From the NCBI GenBank assembly GCA_046598345.1, contig JBKJIT010000001.1, positions 44,251-108,250 of the forward strand: a stretch of 64,000 nt of DNA, in the 5' to 3' direction. Every line of letters starts with the position of its first letter. Positions within the stretch are counted from its first letter, which is position 1. The stretch comes from Minisyncoccia bacterium (GTDB taxonomy: Bacteria > Patescibacteriota > Minisyncoccia > Phycocordibacterales > UBA918). The position numbers and the translations under genes were made by a program. The notes beneath the pieces were generated by a model. It was not told where the DNA came from and did no database searches. It worked only from the letters and a program-made list of their open reading frames with translations. Positions 9,971 through 18,100 of this stretch are shown in pieces.

Positions 9971-11065
9971 ATGGATTTTGTTTCAAGGAATAAGTGGCGC
10001 TCACTCTTTGAACTCGGGAAGAGGCATCTCCTCACGGTTTCGTTCTTTCTCGGATTCATTATAGACAGTTTTACGCTCAACAGGATTGATCAAACCTTTG
10101 ATATAGCAGTACTTCTTTTCTATATCATCCTCACCATGGTATCGATGATCCTCCTCTATGGCAGTGTGTCTGAGAAGTATTTTGAAAGACTAAACCCGTT
10201 CTTTAAAAAGTGGTCGCCCTATCTCATTCAGTACTCTTTCGGAGGATTGCTTTCCGGTATGCTCATTTTTTATGGCAGAAGCGGTGCTTTTTATGAAAGT
10301 TGGCCATTCATGCTCATGATCATTGCTGCGGTATACGGCAATGAAACCATTAAAGACAGGGCAACTCGCCTCGTGTACAACCTAGGTATGTTTTTTGTTG
10401 GCATGTTTGCGCTCGTTGTTCTTATGGTCCCTGTCTTCTTAGGTAAAATGGGGCCGCTCGTATTTATGGGGAGCGGACTCATCGCACTCACCATTATGTA
10501 TTGGTTTGTACGAGTACTTACATATATGGTCCCTAACTTTATGGCGCTCCAGCGAAAGAGCGCGGTCTTCACGATCGGTATCATTTTTGCAGTCTTCAAC
10601 TTTCTCTATTTTGCCAACATTATTCCTCCAATCCCGCTCTCTCTCAAAGAAGTTGGCATATATCACGGCGTTGTGCGTTTTGACAATGATACCTATCAAG
10701 TCACCTATGAAAAGCCAAAGTGGTGGGAATTTTCTCAGGATTCGGACAAAACATTTCACAGCGCTCCCGGCGATAATATATTTTGTTTTGCATCAGTCTT
10801 TGCCCCAACAAGACTTGCTACGAACATTTACCATCGGTGGGAGTTTTATAATGAAAAAACAAAAAATTGGATTGACCACGGACGGTATGCGTATGCAATT
10901 TCAGGAGGAAGAGGGGACGGCTTTCGGGGATATACAATGATTTCAAATTACGAGGAAGGAGCATGGCGCTGTACGGTCGAGACTGAGCGCGGACAATCTC
11001 TGGGTCGTGTCGATTTTGAGGTAGTGCCTGGAGAAAAACGTGAGCTCGTGACACAGATTAAATAG
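9971..11065 (+). CDS. Polytopic membrane protein with a C-terminal soluble domain; function unknown
   Basis: About 7 hydrophobic helices followed by a roughly 150-aa hydrophilic domain (Trp/Tyr-rich). No recognisable catalytic motif. Confidence 0.5.
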   Translation: MDFVSRNKWRSLFELGKRHLLTVSFFLGFIIDSFTLNRIDQTFDIAVLLFYIILTMVSMILLYGSVSEKYFERLNPFFKKWSPYLIQYSFGGLLSGMLIFYGRSGAFYESWPFMLMIIAAVYGNETIKDRATRLVYNLGMFFVGMFALVVLMVPVFLGKMGPLVFMGSGLIALTIMYWFVRVLTYMVPNFMALQRKSAVFTIGIIFAVFNFLYFANIIPPIPLSLKEVGIYHGVVRFDNDTYQVTYEKPKWWEFSQDSDKTFHSAPGDNIFCFASVFAPTRLATNIYHRWEFYNEKTKNWIDHGRYAYAISGGRGDGFRGYTMISNYEEGAWRCTVETERGQSLGRVDFEVVPGEKRELVTQIK

Positions 11066-11074
11066 TTATGTATT

Positions 11075-12769
11075 GTGAGGGGTATGCGATCAGAGTTGAG
11101 AAAAGCAATTGAAGCAGTGCTTTCGGAAATGGGATTTCCGAAAATGGATTTTTCTGTGGAACACCCAAACGACACTCTTCATGGTGACTATGCAACGAAC
11201 GCTGCGATGGTGGTGGCACAAAAACTTCGAAAAAATCCACGTGATGTGGCAGAGGAGATCGTAACTGCGCTGCAGGGAAAAATTCCGCATGTAGCAGAAC
11301 TCGAGATTGCGGGTCCTGGGTTTATTAATTTTTATTTGAGCCGTGATTTTTTCAAAGAAAAAATCACGCACGCCCTTAATCAGGGTGATTCCTGGGGCAA
11401 GAACGATTCCTTGAAGGGAAAGAAGGTGCTTGTTGAGTACACTGATCCAAATCCATTTAAGGAATTCCATGTTGGGCATCTCTTTACAAATGCAGTGGGA
11501 GAGACGATTGCTCGTCTTTTTATGATGAATGGAGCAGATACAAAGCGAGTAAACTACCAAGGAGATGTTGGACTCCATGTGGCCCATGCGATTTGGGGAA
11601 TGAAAGAACTTGCTATTGGGCAGGGTGATTTTACTGCACGTGATTTAGGAAGAGCGTACGCGCATGGTGCAACCGCCTATAAAAACGAAGATCCTCGAGC
11701 GGTACTTGAAATACGCGAGATCAATAAAAAAATCTATGATCGAAGTGACGAAGATATAAACGTCTTTTATGAAAAAGGACGTGAAATTTCGCTCTCCTAT
11801 TTCGAGAGTATATACAAAGTAATAGATACGACATTCGATTCCTATTTCTTTGAAAGTGAAACGGGAACACGCGGAAAAGAGTTGGTTCTTGCACATCCTG
11901 AGTTGTTTCCTGAAAGCGATGGAGCCCGTGTATTTAAAGGAGAAGCACACGGTCTTCATACGCGTGTGTTTTTAAACAAAGAAGGACTTCCAACCTACGA
12001 AGCAAAGGAGCTCGCCCTTGCAAAGCTAAAGGAAGAACGACTTGGGACATACGATCTTTCCGTCATTTCGACGGCCAACGAGGTGAGTGAATACTTTAAG
12101 GTACTCAAAAAAGCAATGAGTTTTATTTATCCAGAGCTTGCAGAAAAAACGGAGCATATTGGACATGGCATGGTCAGGCTCTCTACAGGAAAAATGTCTT
12201 CACGCACAGGAGATGTTATTACGGCAATGGATTTTATTGATGAAGTGGCGGATGCAGCTGCCGCGAAAATGGATGAGGGAGGAAAAACTGCTCCAGATGA
12301 TGAGCTCGCCCGTGATATAGCAATTGGCGCTATCAAGTATGCGACACTGCATGGCAGCATTCTTCAAAACTCTATTTTTGATAAAGAAAAGGCTCTTTCA
12401 TTCGAGGGAGATTCAGGCCCATACCTTCAGTACACGCATGCGCGTATTTGTAGTGTACTTCAGAAAGCTAAGGAGGTTGGAGTAGTGTCCACTCCTAGCG
12501 TGATTCTCCCAGTTACATATGCGATTGAGCGAATGGTCTACCAATTCGAAGAAATAGTTGAGGACGCGCTTAACGAGCGAGCGCCGCACAAAATCGCGGT
12601 TTTTCTCACTGAGCTCGCAGGATCATTTAATGCCTTTTACGCAGCAGAAAAAATCGCCGATGCCTCAGACGCACATGCACCCTACAAAGCAGCCATTGCG
12701 GACGCGGTGCGACTCACCGTTAAAAACGGCCTTTGGACGCTTGGGATCAAAGCCCCCGAAAGGATGTGA
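11075..12769 (+). CDS. argS: Arginine--tRNA ligase
   Basis: Class I HIGH motif (HVGHLFTNAVGE), N-terminal add-1 domain, C-terminal DALR anticodon-binding region. Confidence 0.85.
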   Translation: MRGMRSELRKAIEAVLSEMGFPKMDFSVEHPNDTLHGDYATNAAMVVAQKLRKNPRDVAEEIVTALQGKIPHVAELEIAGPGFINFYLSRDFFKEKITHALNQGDSWGKNDSLKGKKVLVEYTDPNPFKEFHVGHLFTNAVGETIARLFMMNGADTKRVNYQGDVGLHVAHAIWGMKELAIGQGDFTARDLGRAYAHGATAYKNEDPRAVLEIREINKKIYDRSDEDINVFYEKGREISLSYFESIYKVIDTTFDSYFFESETGTRGKELVLAHPELFPESDGARVFKGEAHGLHTRVFLNKEGLPTYEAKELALAKLKEERLGTYDLSVISTANEVSEYFKVLKKAMSFIYPELAEKTEHIGHGMVRLSTGKMSSRTGDVITAMDFIDEVADAAAAKMDEGGKTAPDDELARDIAIGAIKYATLHGSILQNSIFDKEKALSFEGDSGPYLQYTHARICSVLQKAKEVGVVSTPSVILPVTYAIERMVYQFEEIVEDALNERAPHKIAVFLTELAGSFNAFYAAEKIADASDAHAPYKAAIADAVRLTVKNGLWTLGIKAPERM

Positions 12770-13012
12770 AATGAGCAAACGAGCGCAAGCGACTATTGCG
12801 AATTTCCGTCTCGATTTCCTCCCTCGCAGAGGAAATCGCTAGACGTGTGGAAAATTGCCGGGAATTCCAATATTTTTTTGCAAAATAATTTCCGTCCCAC
12901 TTTTCTTAATCCCTAAAGAAAAGTGCTGGACGAAGGAGCTTTTTGATACACATTTTGGTGTCAAACATGAAGGGCGGTTTTTCATGTACACACCGTGATA
13001 TACTTTTTATAT

Positions 13013-13162
13013 ATGAATACACCAGAATCATTTGAATCAGAGATTCCAAAAATGGCACAGGGAGATGAGATTAGCGAAGCCGAGGCAAAGGAGATGGAAG
13101 ATCGAGCTCGCGAAGGCGCAGGATTCGGAGTCAATGACCCAGATGCAGCAGGGAACGATTAA
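13013..13162 (+). CDS. Small acidic ORF (49 aa) with its own terminator
   Basis: ATG at 13013, stop at 13160. A perfect hairpin terminator follows at 13181-13207. It is too short for the ORF track; low confidence. Confidence 0.2.
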   Translation: MNTPESFESEIPKMAQGDEISEAEAKEMEDRAREGAGFGVNDPDAAGND

Positions 13163-13180
13163 GTAGTATACAAATACATA

Positions 13181-13207
13181 AAAATGCGACTTCCAAGTCG
13201 CGTTTTT
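13181..13207 (+). terminator. Rho-independent terminator
   Basis: aaaatgcgac-ttccaa-gtcgcgttttt. Confidence 0.55.
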
Positions 13208-13322
13208 CATCTGTGATTTTGTAGTTTCTATACGTGTGAATAATGTGTTGCAAATAAAGGAGTTTGTGGCAATATGAAATTTAACCGCTACACGTCGTGG
13301 CGGAGGATACAGGAGGTTAGAA

Positions 13323-13697
13323 ATGAGTAAGAAGAACCCTCGTAACCCCCGGTTGGTTGTTGTTTGCTTTCCCCAACCGGATCCCAAAGCGCGTTGGGAC
13401 GACAAGACGCGGAGAAACCCGCACCCGGAGGTACTCGCTCGCGGCCACTACCAAAGCGCCGAAGAATTGGTGCGGAAGTGCTGGTCTGAAATGAGCAAGT
13501 TGAAGCCCTCCCAGCGCTTCTGTGCGAAGTTCGCGATCGGGTTTGAATCGGAACCCGACATCGCACAGCGCAAGAAGGAAGTCGCTGTTTCCTGGAGCGA
13601 AACCAGGTGGGGCAACGGCACGTTTGAAGCATTCAAGCAGTTCATCATGGATCTGCTTCACAAGTACTTTCCGGCCCCCGTGGTCCAAGCGACGTAA
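13323..13697 (+). CDS. GC-rich orphan hypothetical protein (124 aa) with a perfect AGGAGG SD
   Basis: Local GC is clearly higher than its surroundings. aggaggttagaaATG; terminator hairpin gcccgct-catagtc-agcgggc plus T-run at 13722-13747. No recognisable domain. Confidence 0.4.
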   Translation: MSKKNPRNPRLVVVCFPQPDPKARWDDKTRRNPHPEVLARGHYQSAEELVRKCWSEMSKLKPSQRFCAKFAIGFESEPDIAQRKKEVAVSWSETRWGNGTFEAFKQFIMDLLHKYFPAPVVQAT

Positions 13698-13853
13698 GGA
13701 GCGCCGCAAAACAAAGGGATGCCCGCTCATAGTCAGCGGGCATTTTTCAATGTTATGAGAAACTCAAAATAAAGGAAAAACCACAGCATGCTATGGTTTT
13801 TCTTTTTTGTAGTATCATATCTAACTGTACGTCTGATATGCGTACATTTTATT

Positions 13854-16800
13854 ATGTCTGATATACATAACCATATGAATGCTAACAAAAAGGAAAAAAC
13901 TCAAGAAAATAGTACGGAGAAGAGCGAAGTAGCACTTCGCGAAGAGGAAATGCTCGCGTTTTGGCGAGCGAATAACGTTTTTAATACGAGTGTGGAAACA
14001 CCTGCAGGCAAGGCGCCGGTCGGTGATTTTGTTTTTTATGATGGTCCACCGTTTGCAACGGGGACACCACACTACGGACATATTCTTGCAGGAACCATTA
14101 AAGATGCGATCCCACGTTTCTGGACGATGAATGGATACCGTGTGGTTCGCAAATGGGGATGGGATTGCCACGGTCTCCCACTTGAAAATATTATTGAGAA
14201 GCGCCTGGGCCTTGCGACAAAGCGGGACATCGAAGCTCTCGGGGTAAAACAATTTAACGAAGCGGCGCGAGAAGCAGTCCTGGAGTATGCCGACGATTGG
14301 AAGGAGGTTGTGCCCCGCATGGGTCGCTTTGTGGACATGGGGGACGACTATAAGACAATGGACTCCACCTATACGGAGTCTGTGTGGTGGGTGTTTAGTG
14401 AACTCAACCGAAAGGGACTCGTGTATGAGGGATTTAAATCCATGCATCTCTGCCCTCGCTGTGGAACGACACTCTCAAACTTTGAAGTGAATCAGGGATA
14501 CAAAGATATCAAAGATATTGCGGTCACGGTGAAACTCCCTCTCCTTGATGAGCAGGGTGAAGTGACCGACACCTCACTTCTTGTATGGACGACAACCCCA
14601 TGGACACTTCCGGGAAATATGGCTGCTGCAGTCCATAATGACATCGACTATGTAAAAGTAAAATTCCTTAATCGAGAGCCAGGAGCGCACCGGGCGACCG
14701 ACGCTGACCCTGAAGCAGCAATGCGTCTCGAAAAAGTTATTCTCGCAAAGGCTCGCCTTGCGCAACTCTCCACCGATGAATATGAAATTCTCGAAGAGAT
14801 GAAGGGGAGCACGCTTGTGGGGAAACGCTACGCACCACCCTTTGAGGCATTCAAAAACCAGGAATTTAAAGACAAGGAGAATGCGTGGAAAATTTACCAT
14901 GCGGAGTACGTTGACTTAGGAGAAGAGGGAACGGGCGCGGTGCACCTTGCACCGGCGTACGGTGAGGAAGATATGGAACTTGCGAAGGAAGAGGGAATTC
15001 CAATTCAACACCACGTAGATGTTGGAGGTCGCTTCAGAGAGTTTGTGGGACACCCATTTGCAGGCGAGCTCGTAAAGCCCAAAGATGACGATCTTGCTGA
15101 TGTAACCCACCTCGATGCTGATATTGAAATTGTAAAATTTCTTAAAGATAGCGGAAGGCTTATACGAAAGGAAAACATCACACATAGTTACCCGCACTGC
15201 TGGCGCTGCGAGACGCCGCTTCTGAATTACGCAACGACCTCATGGTTTGTGCGCGTAACTGATCTCAAAGATAAGCTTGTCGAGGAAAATAATAAAATAA
15301 AATGGGTCCCCGAACATGTTGGGCGTGCGCGATTTGGGAAGTGGCTCGAAGGTGCTCGCGATTGGGCAATCAGCCGCCAACGCTACTGGGGTGCGCCACT
15401 TCCTATTTGGAAAAATCCAGAAACCGGGGCGTATACAGTGATTGGCTCGTTGGAGGAACTCATGACGCACGTTCCGAAATCAGGAAATATCTTTGTACTC
15501 ACGAGGCATGGTGAATCAGAATTCAATACACAGGGAATACTCAACGCGGAACTCAATGTGCAGAATGGACTCACTGAGAAAGGAAGTGAGCAGGTGCGAA
15601 GTACTGCAGCGCTCCTCAAAGATAGACCAATTGATTACATCTACTTTTCACCTCTCCAGCGCACGAGAGAAACTGCGACCATTATTGCCGAGGTGCTCGG
15701 TCTACCTAGGGATCGATTGATTGAAGACGCACGTCTTATTGAAAATGGCTTCGGTGAATTTGAAGGCAAGAATGTGAATGAGTACCACGCATCTTTTCCA
15801 GACGGCGCACGTCGACTTACTGCACGACCTGAAGGAGGCGAAACATGGATGGAAACGAAGCGACGCATGGGTGCATTTCTCTATGAAATTAATGAAAAGC
15901 ATACGAATGCTCGAATCTTAGTTGTCTCCCACAATGGACCGCTCCAAATGCTCCAGGCCGTCGCAGGAGGAAATGATTTTAACGATACGGCGTATCACAT
16001 CGATAAAAATGATTACGATATAGATAACGCTGAGGTGCGTGAGATTCGGTTTACCCCGCTTCCGCATAATGACAACTACGAGCTCGATTATCATCGTCCC
16101 TATATTGACGACATACAGCTCGTTGATGAGAAGGGTGCACCGCTCGTGCGTGTTCCCGATGTGTTCGACTGCTGGTTTGAATCAGGCTCCATGCCGTACG
16201 CTCAGAATCATTATCCTTTTGAAAACAAAGAACGATTTGATCCCAAAACTGGGAAGGGATACCCTGCGCAGTTTATTGCCGAAGGAGTAGATCAAACGCG
16301 TGGGTGGTTCTATTCGCTCATCGTGCTCGGCACGGCACTCTTTGGAAAATCTCCCTACGAACACGTGATTGTAAACGGCCTGGTACTTGCTGAAGATGGG
16401 AAAAAAATGTCGAAAAAGCTTCAGAACTATCCAGATCCTATGGAGCTCACGAATCGCGTCGGGGCGGATGCGATTCGGTTCTACCTCCTCTCGTCGCCGA
16501 TTATTAAGGCAGAGGACGTCAATTTTTCTGAAAAGGAGATTTTGGAGCTTCAGCGTAAAAATATTGGACGTCTCCATAATGTGCTCGCCATGTATGAAAT
16601 GTACGCGAGCGAAGAAACGAAGATCGACGCGCAATCAGACAATGTGCTCGATCGTTGGATTGTTGCACGCGTAGCATCAATGCTTCGTGAGGTGACGGAT
16701 GGGTACAAAGGGTACGAACTTGATCGTGCGACACGTCCTATTACCGACTTCATTGATGACCTTTCTGTCTGGTATTTGAGACGGTCGCGTGACCGTATTA

Positions 16801-17492
16801 AGAGTGATGATGCGGGAGACAAAACGAAAGCACTCGGAACACTGAAGTATGTGCTTCGCGAACTCTCTATCGGTATAGCTCCTGTAATGCCATTTTATGC
16901 CGAGTATCTCTTCCAGAAAGTACGGGAAGAAAATGACGCAGTCAGCGTGCACCTTATGGGGTGGCCTATTGTGGAGGAGGTCGAGACCACGTCGCTTGAA
17001 ATAATGGCACAGGTACGGAAAATCGTCTCTTTGGCACTCGAGGCTCGTGCGAAAGCAAACATTAAGGTGCGACAGCCACTTCAGTCGCTTCAGATTAAAG
17101 ATTTGAATGACGTCGAGTACAGCACCTGGAAGAAAGACCAATCGTATCTATCGCTCATTACGGATGAAGTGAATGTAAAGGAAGTGCTCTTTACTGACAG
17201 CCTGGCGGACGATGTGTTTCTCGACACGACTCTTACGGATGCGCTTCGAAAGGAAGGAAATGTGCGCGAGTTCATCCGCAACATTCAAGAGGCAAGAAAA
17301 AATGCGGGTCTTGAGGCGGGGGATCGGATCACTCTCCAGGTTGATGCGGCGACGTCACTTCTCCTCACCGGATTCATGGAAGAAGTTCAGCGCGTCGTTG
17401 GTGCAACTGAGATAGTTGTAGCCCTGCTCGCGAATCCGGGAACGCTTACCATAGACGCAATCGCATACCAGTACGAAATCAAAAAAATATAA
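13854..17492 (+). CDS. ileS: Isoleucine--tRNA ligase with an inserted histidine-phosphatase (PGAM-like) domain
   Basis: HIGH (PHYGHILAG), CP1 editing region, WAISRQRYWG, VPDVFDCWFESG, KMSKK. A roughly 200-aa RHGESEFN...SPLQRTRETA...VVSHNG domain lies between WAISRQRYWG and VPDVFDCWFESG. The ORF is open from 13788; the likely start is the Met at 13854. Confidence 0.9.
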   Translation: MSDIHNHMNANKKEKTQENSTEKSEVALREEEMLAFWRANNVFNTSVETPAGKAPVGDFVFYDGPPFATGTPHYGHILAGTIKDAIPRFWTMNGYRVVRKWGWDCHGLPLENIIEKRLGLATKRDIEALGVKQFNEAAREAVLEYADDWKEVVPRMGRFVDMGDDYKTMDSTYTESVWWVFSELNRKGLVYEGFKSMHLCPRCGTTLSNFEVNQGYKDIKDIAVTVKLPLLDEQGEVTDTSLLVWTTTPWTLPGNMAAAVHNDIDYVKVKFLNREPGAHRATDADPEAAMRLEKVILAKARLAQLSTDEYEILEEMKGSTLVGKRYAPPFEAFKNQEFKDKENAWKIYHAEYVDLGEEGTGAVHLAPAYGEEDMELAKEEGIPIQHHVDVGGRFREFVGHPFAGELVKPKDDDLADVTHLDADIEIVKFLKDSGRLIRKENITHSYPHCWRCETPLLNYATTSWFVRVTDLKDKLVEENNKIKWVPEHVGRARFGKWLEGARDWAISRQRYWGAPLPIWKNPETGAYTVIGSLEELMTHVPKSGNIFVLTRHGESEFNTQGILNAELNVQNGLTEKGSEQVRSTAALLKDRPIDYIYFSPLQRTRETATIIAEVLGLPRDRLIEDARLIENGFGEFEGKNVNEYHASFPDGARRLTARPEGGETWMETKRRMGAFLYEINEKHTNARILVVSHNGPLQMLQAVAGGNDFNDTAYHIDKNDYDIDNAEVREIRFTPLPHNDNYELDYHRPYIDDIQLVDEKGAPLVRVPDVFDCWFESGSMPYAQNHYPFENKERFDPKTGKGYPAQFIAEGVDQTRGWFYSLIVLGTALFGKSPYEHVIVNGLVLAEDGKKMSKKLQNYPDPMELTNRVGADAIRFYLLSSPIIKAEDVNFSEKEILELQRKNIGRLHNVLAMYEMYASEETKIDAQSDNVLDRWIVARVASMLREVTDGYKGYELDRATRPITDFIDDLSVWYLRRSRDRIKSDDAGDKTKALGTLKYVLRELSIGIAPVMPFYAEYLFQKVREENDAVSVHLMGWPIVEEVETTSLEIMAQVRKIVSLALEARAKANIKVRQPLQSLQIKDLNDVEYSTWKKDQSYLSLITDEVNVKEVLFTDSLADDVFLDTTLTDALRKEGNVREFIRNIQEARKNAGLEAGDRITLQVDAATSLLLTGFMEEVQRVVGATEIVVALLANPGTLTIDAIAYQYEIKKI
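15495..16090 (+). other. Histidine phosphatase superfamily (branch 1, phosphoglycerate mutase/CobC-like) domain embedded in ileS
   Basis: VLTRHGESEFN (RHG catalytic His), SPLQRTRETA, ILVVSHNGPLQ (second catalytic His). Confidence 0.75.
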
Positions 17493-18067
17493 TGGCGTAC
17501 AAGGCATACATCACTGAAGCTCTTGTGTGCGGGAGTACGCCGCATCACACCTCCGACCGTTCCTACCTTCTCTTTTCTCGTGAGGCAGGCATGGTGTGGG
17601 CAACTGCAAAGAGCGTGCGCGAAGAACGGTCCAAGCAGCGCTATGCGCTTCAGGATTTTTCGTATGCGCGCGTAACGTTGGTGAAAGGAAAAAGTGGCTG
17701 GCGGCTTGCAGGAGCGGAAGCACTTTCAAATGTGTATATGGAAACAGAGTTACGTGGCGTTCGCGTGATGGTATGGAAAATTGTCGGACTCATTCGGCGG
17801 TTTGTGCAGGGAGAAGTCCCACACACCCAAATGTTTGACGATGTTCTTACTGCATTCAAAGAGGCTTCTCTCTATGATCCGGTGAAGCTTGAAAGTATTC
17901 TCACACTTCGGATTCTCTACGAGCTTGGGTACATAGCGCCGTCTCCGCTCTATGATGAGCTCCTTACTGTTCCCCGGTGGAATACGGGCGTTGATGCGCT
18001 GAGCGCCACAAACCTTGAACGGGTGCAGGAGGCCATTACGCATGCGCTTGGGGAGAGTCATCTCTAG
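17492..18067 (+). CDS. recO: RecO-like DNA repair protein (N-terminal OB fold plus helical domain; no Zn-finger)
   Basis: Pattern AKS.R...SK.....LQ.F......L..G..G..L.GAEAL and the downstream helical region match RecO. Confidence 0.6.
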   Translation: MAYKAYITEALVCGSTPHHTSDRSYLLFSREAGMVWATAKSVREERSKQRYALQDFSYARVTLVKGKSGWRLAGAEALSNVYMETELRGVRVMVWKIVGLIRRFVQGEVPHTQMFDDVLTAFKEASLYDPVKLESILTLRILYELGYIAPSPLYDELLTVPRWNTGVDALSATNLERVQEAITHALGESHL

Positions 18068-18100
18068 GAAAATATTCCAAGCGCATCTGGAGTCAGAAAA

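Noticed and set aside
13317-13730. 137-aa and 114-aa minus-strand ORFs overlapping the GC-rich plus-strand ORF
   Set aside because: Long antisense ORFs are expected in GC-rich DNA. The plus-strand frame has the SD and terminator, and the minus frames have neither.
13821-14447. 208-aa minus-strand ORF
   Set aside because: Antisense to the well-conserved 5' part of ileS.
17596-17838. 80-aa plus-strand ORF and 72-aa minus-strand ORF overlapping the recO-like gene
   Set aside because: Alternative frames within a gene whose main frame shows the RecO pattern.
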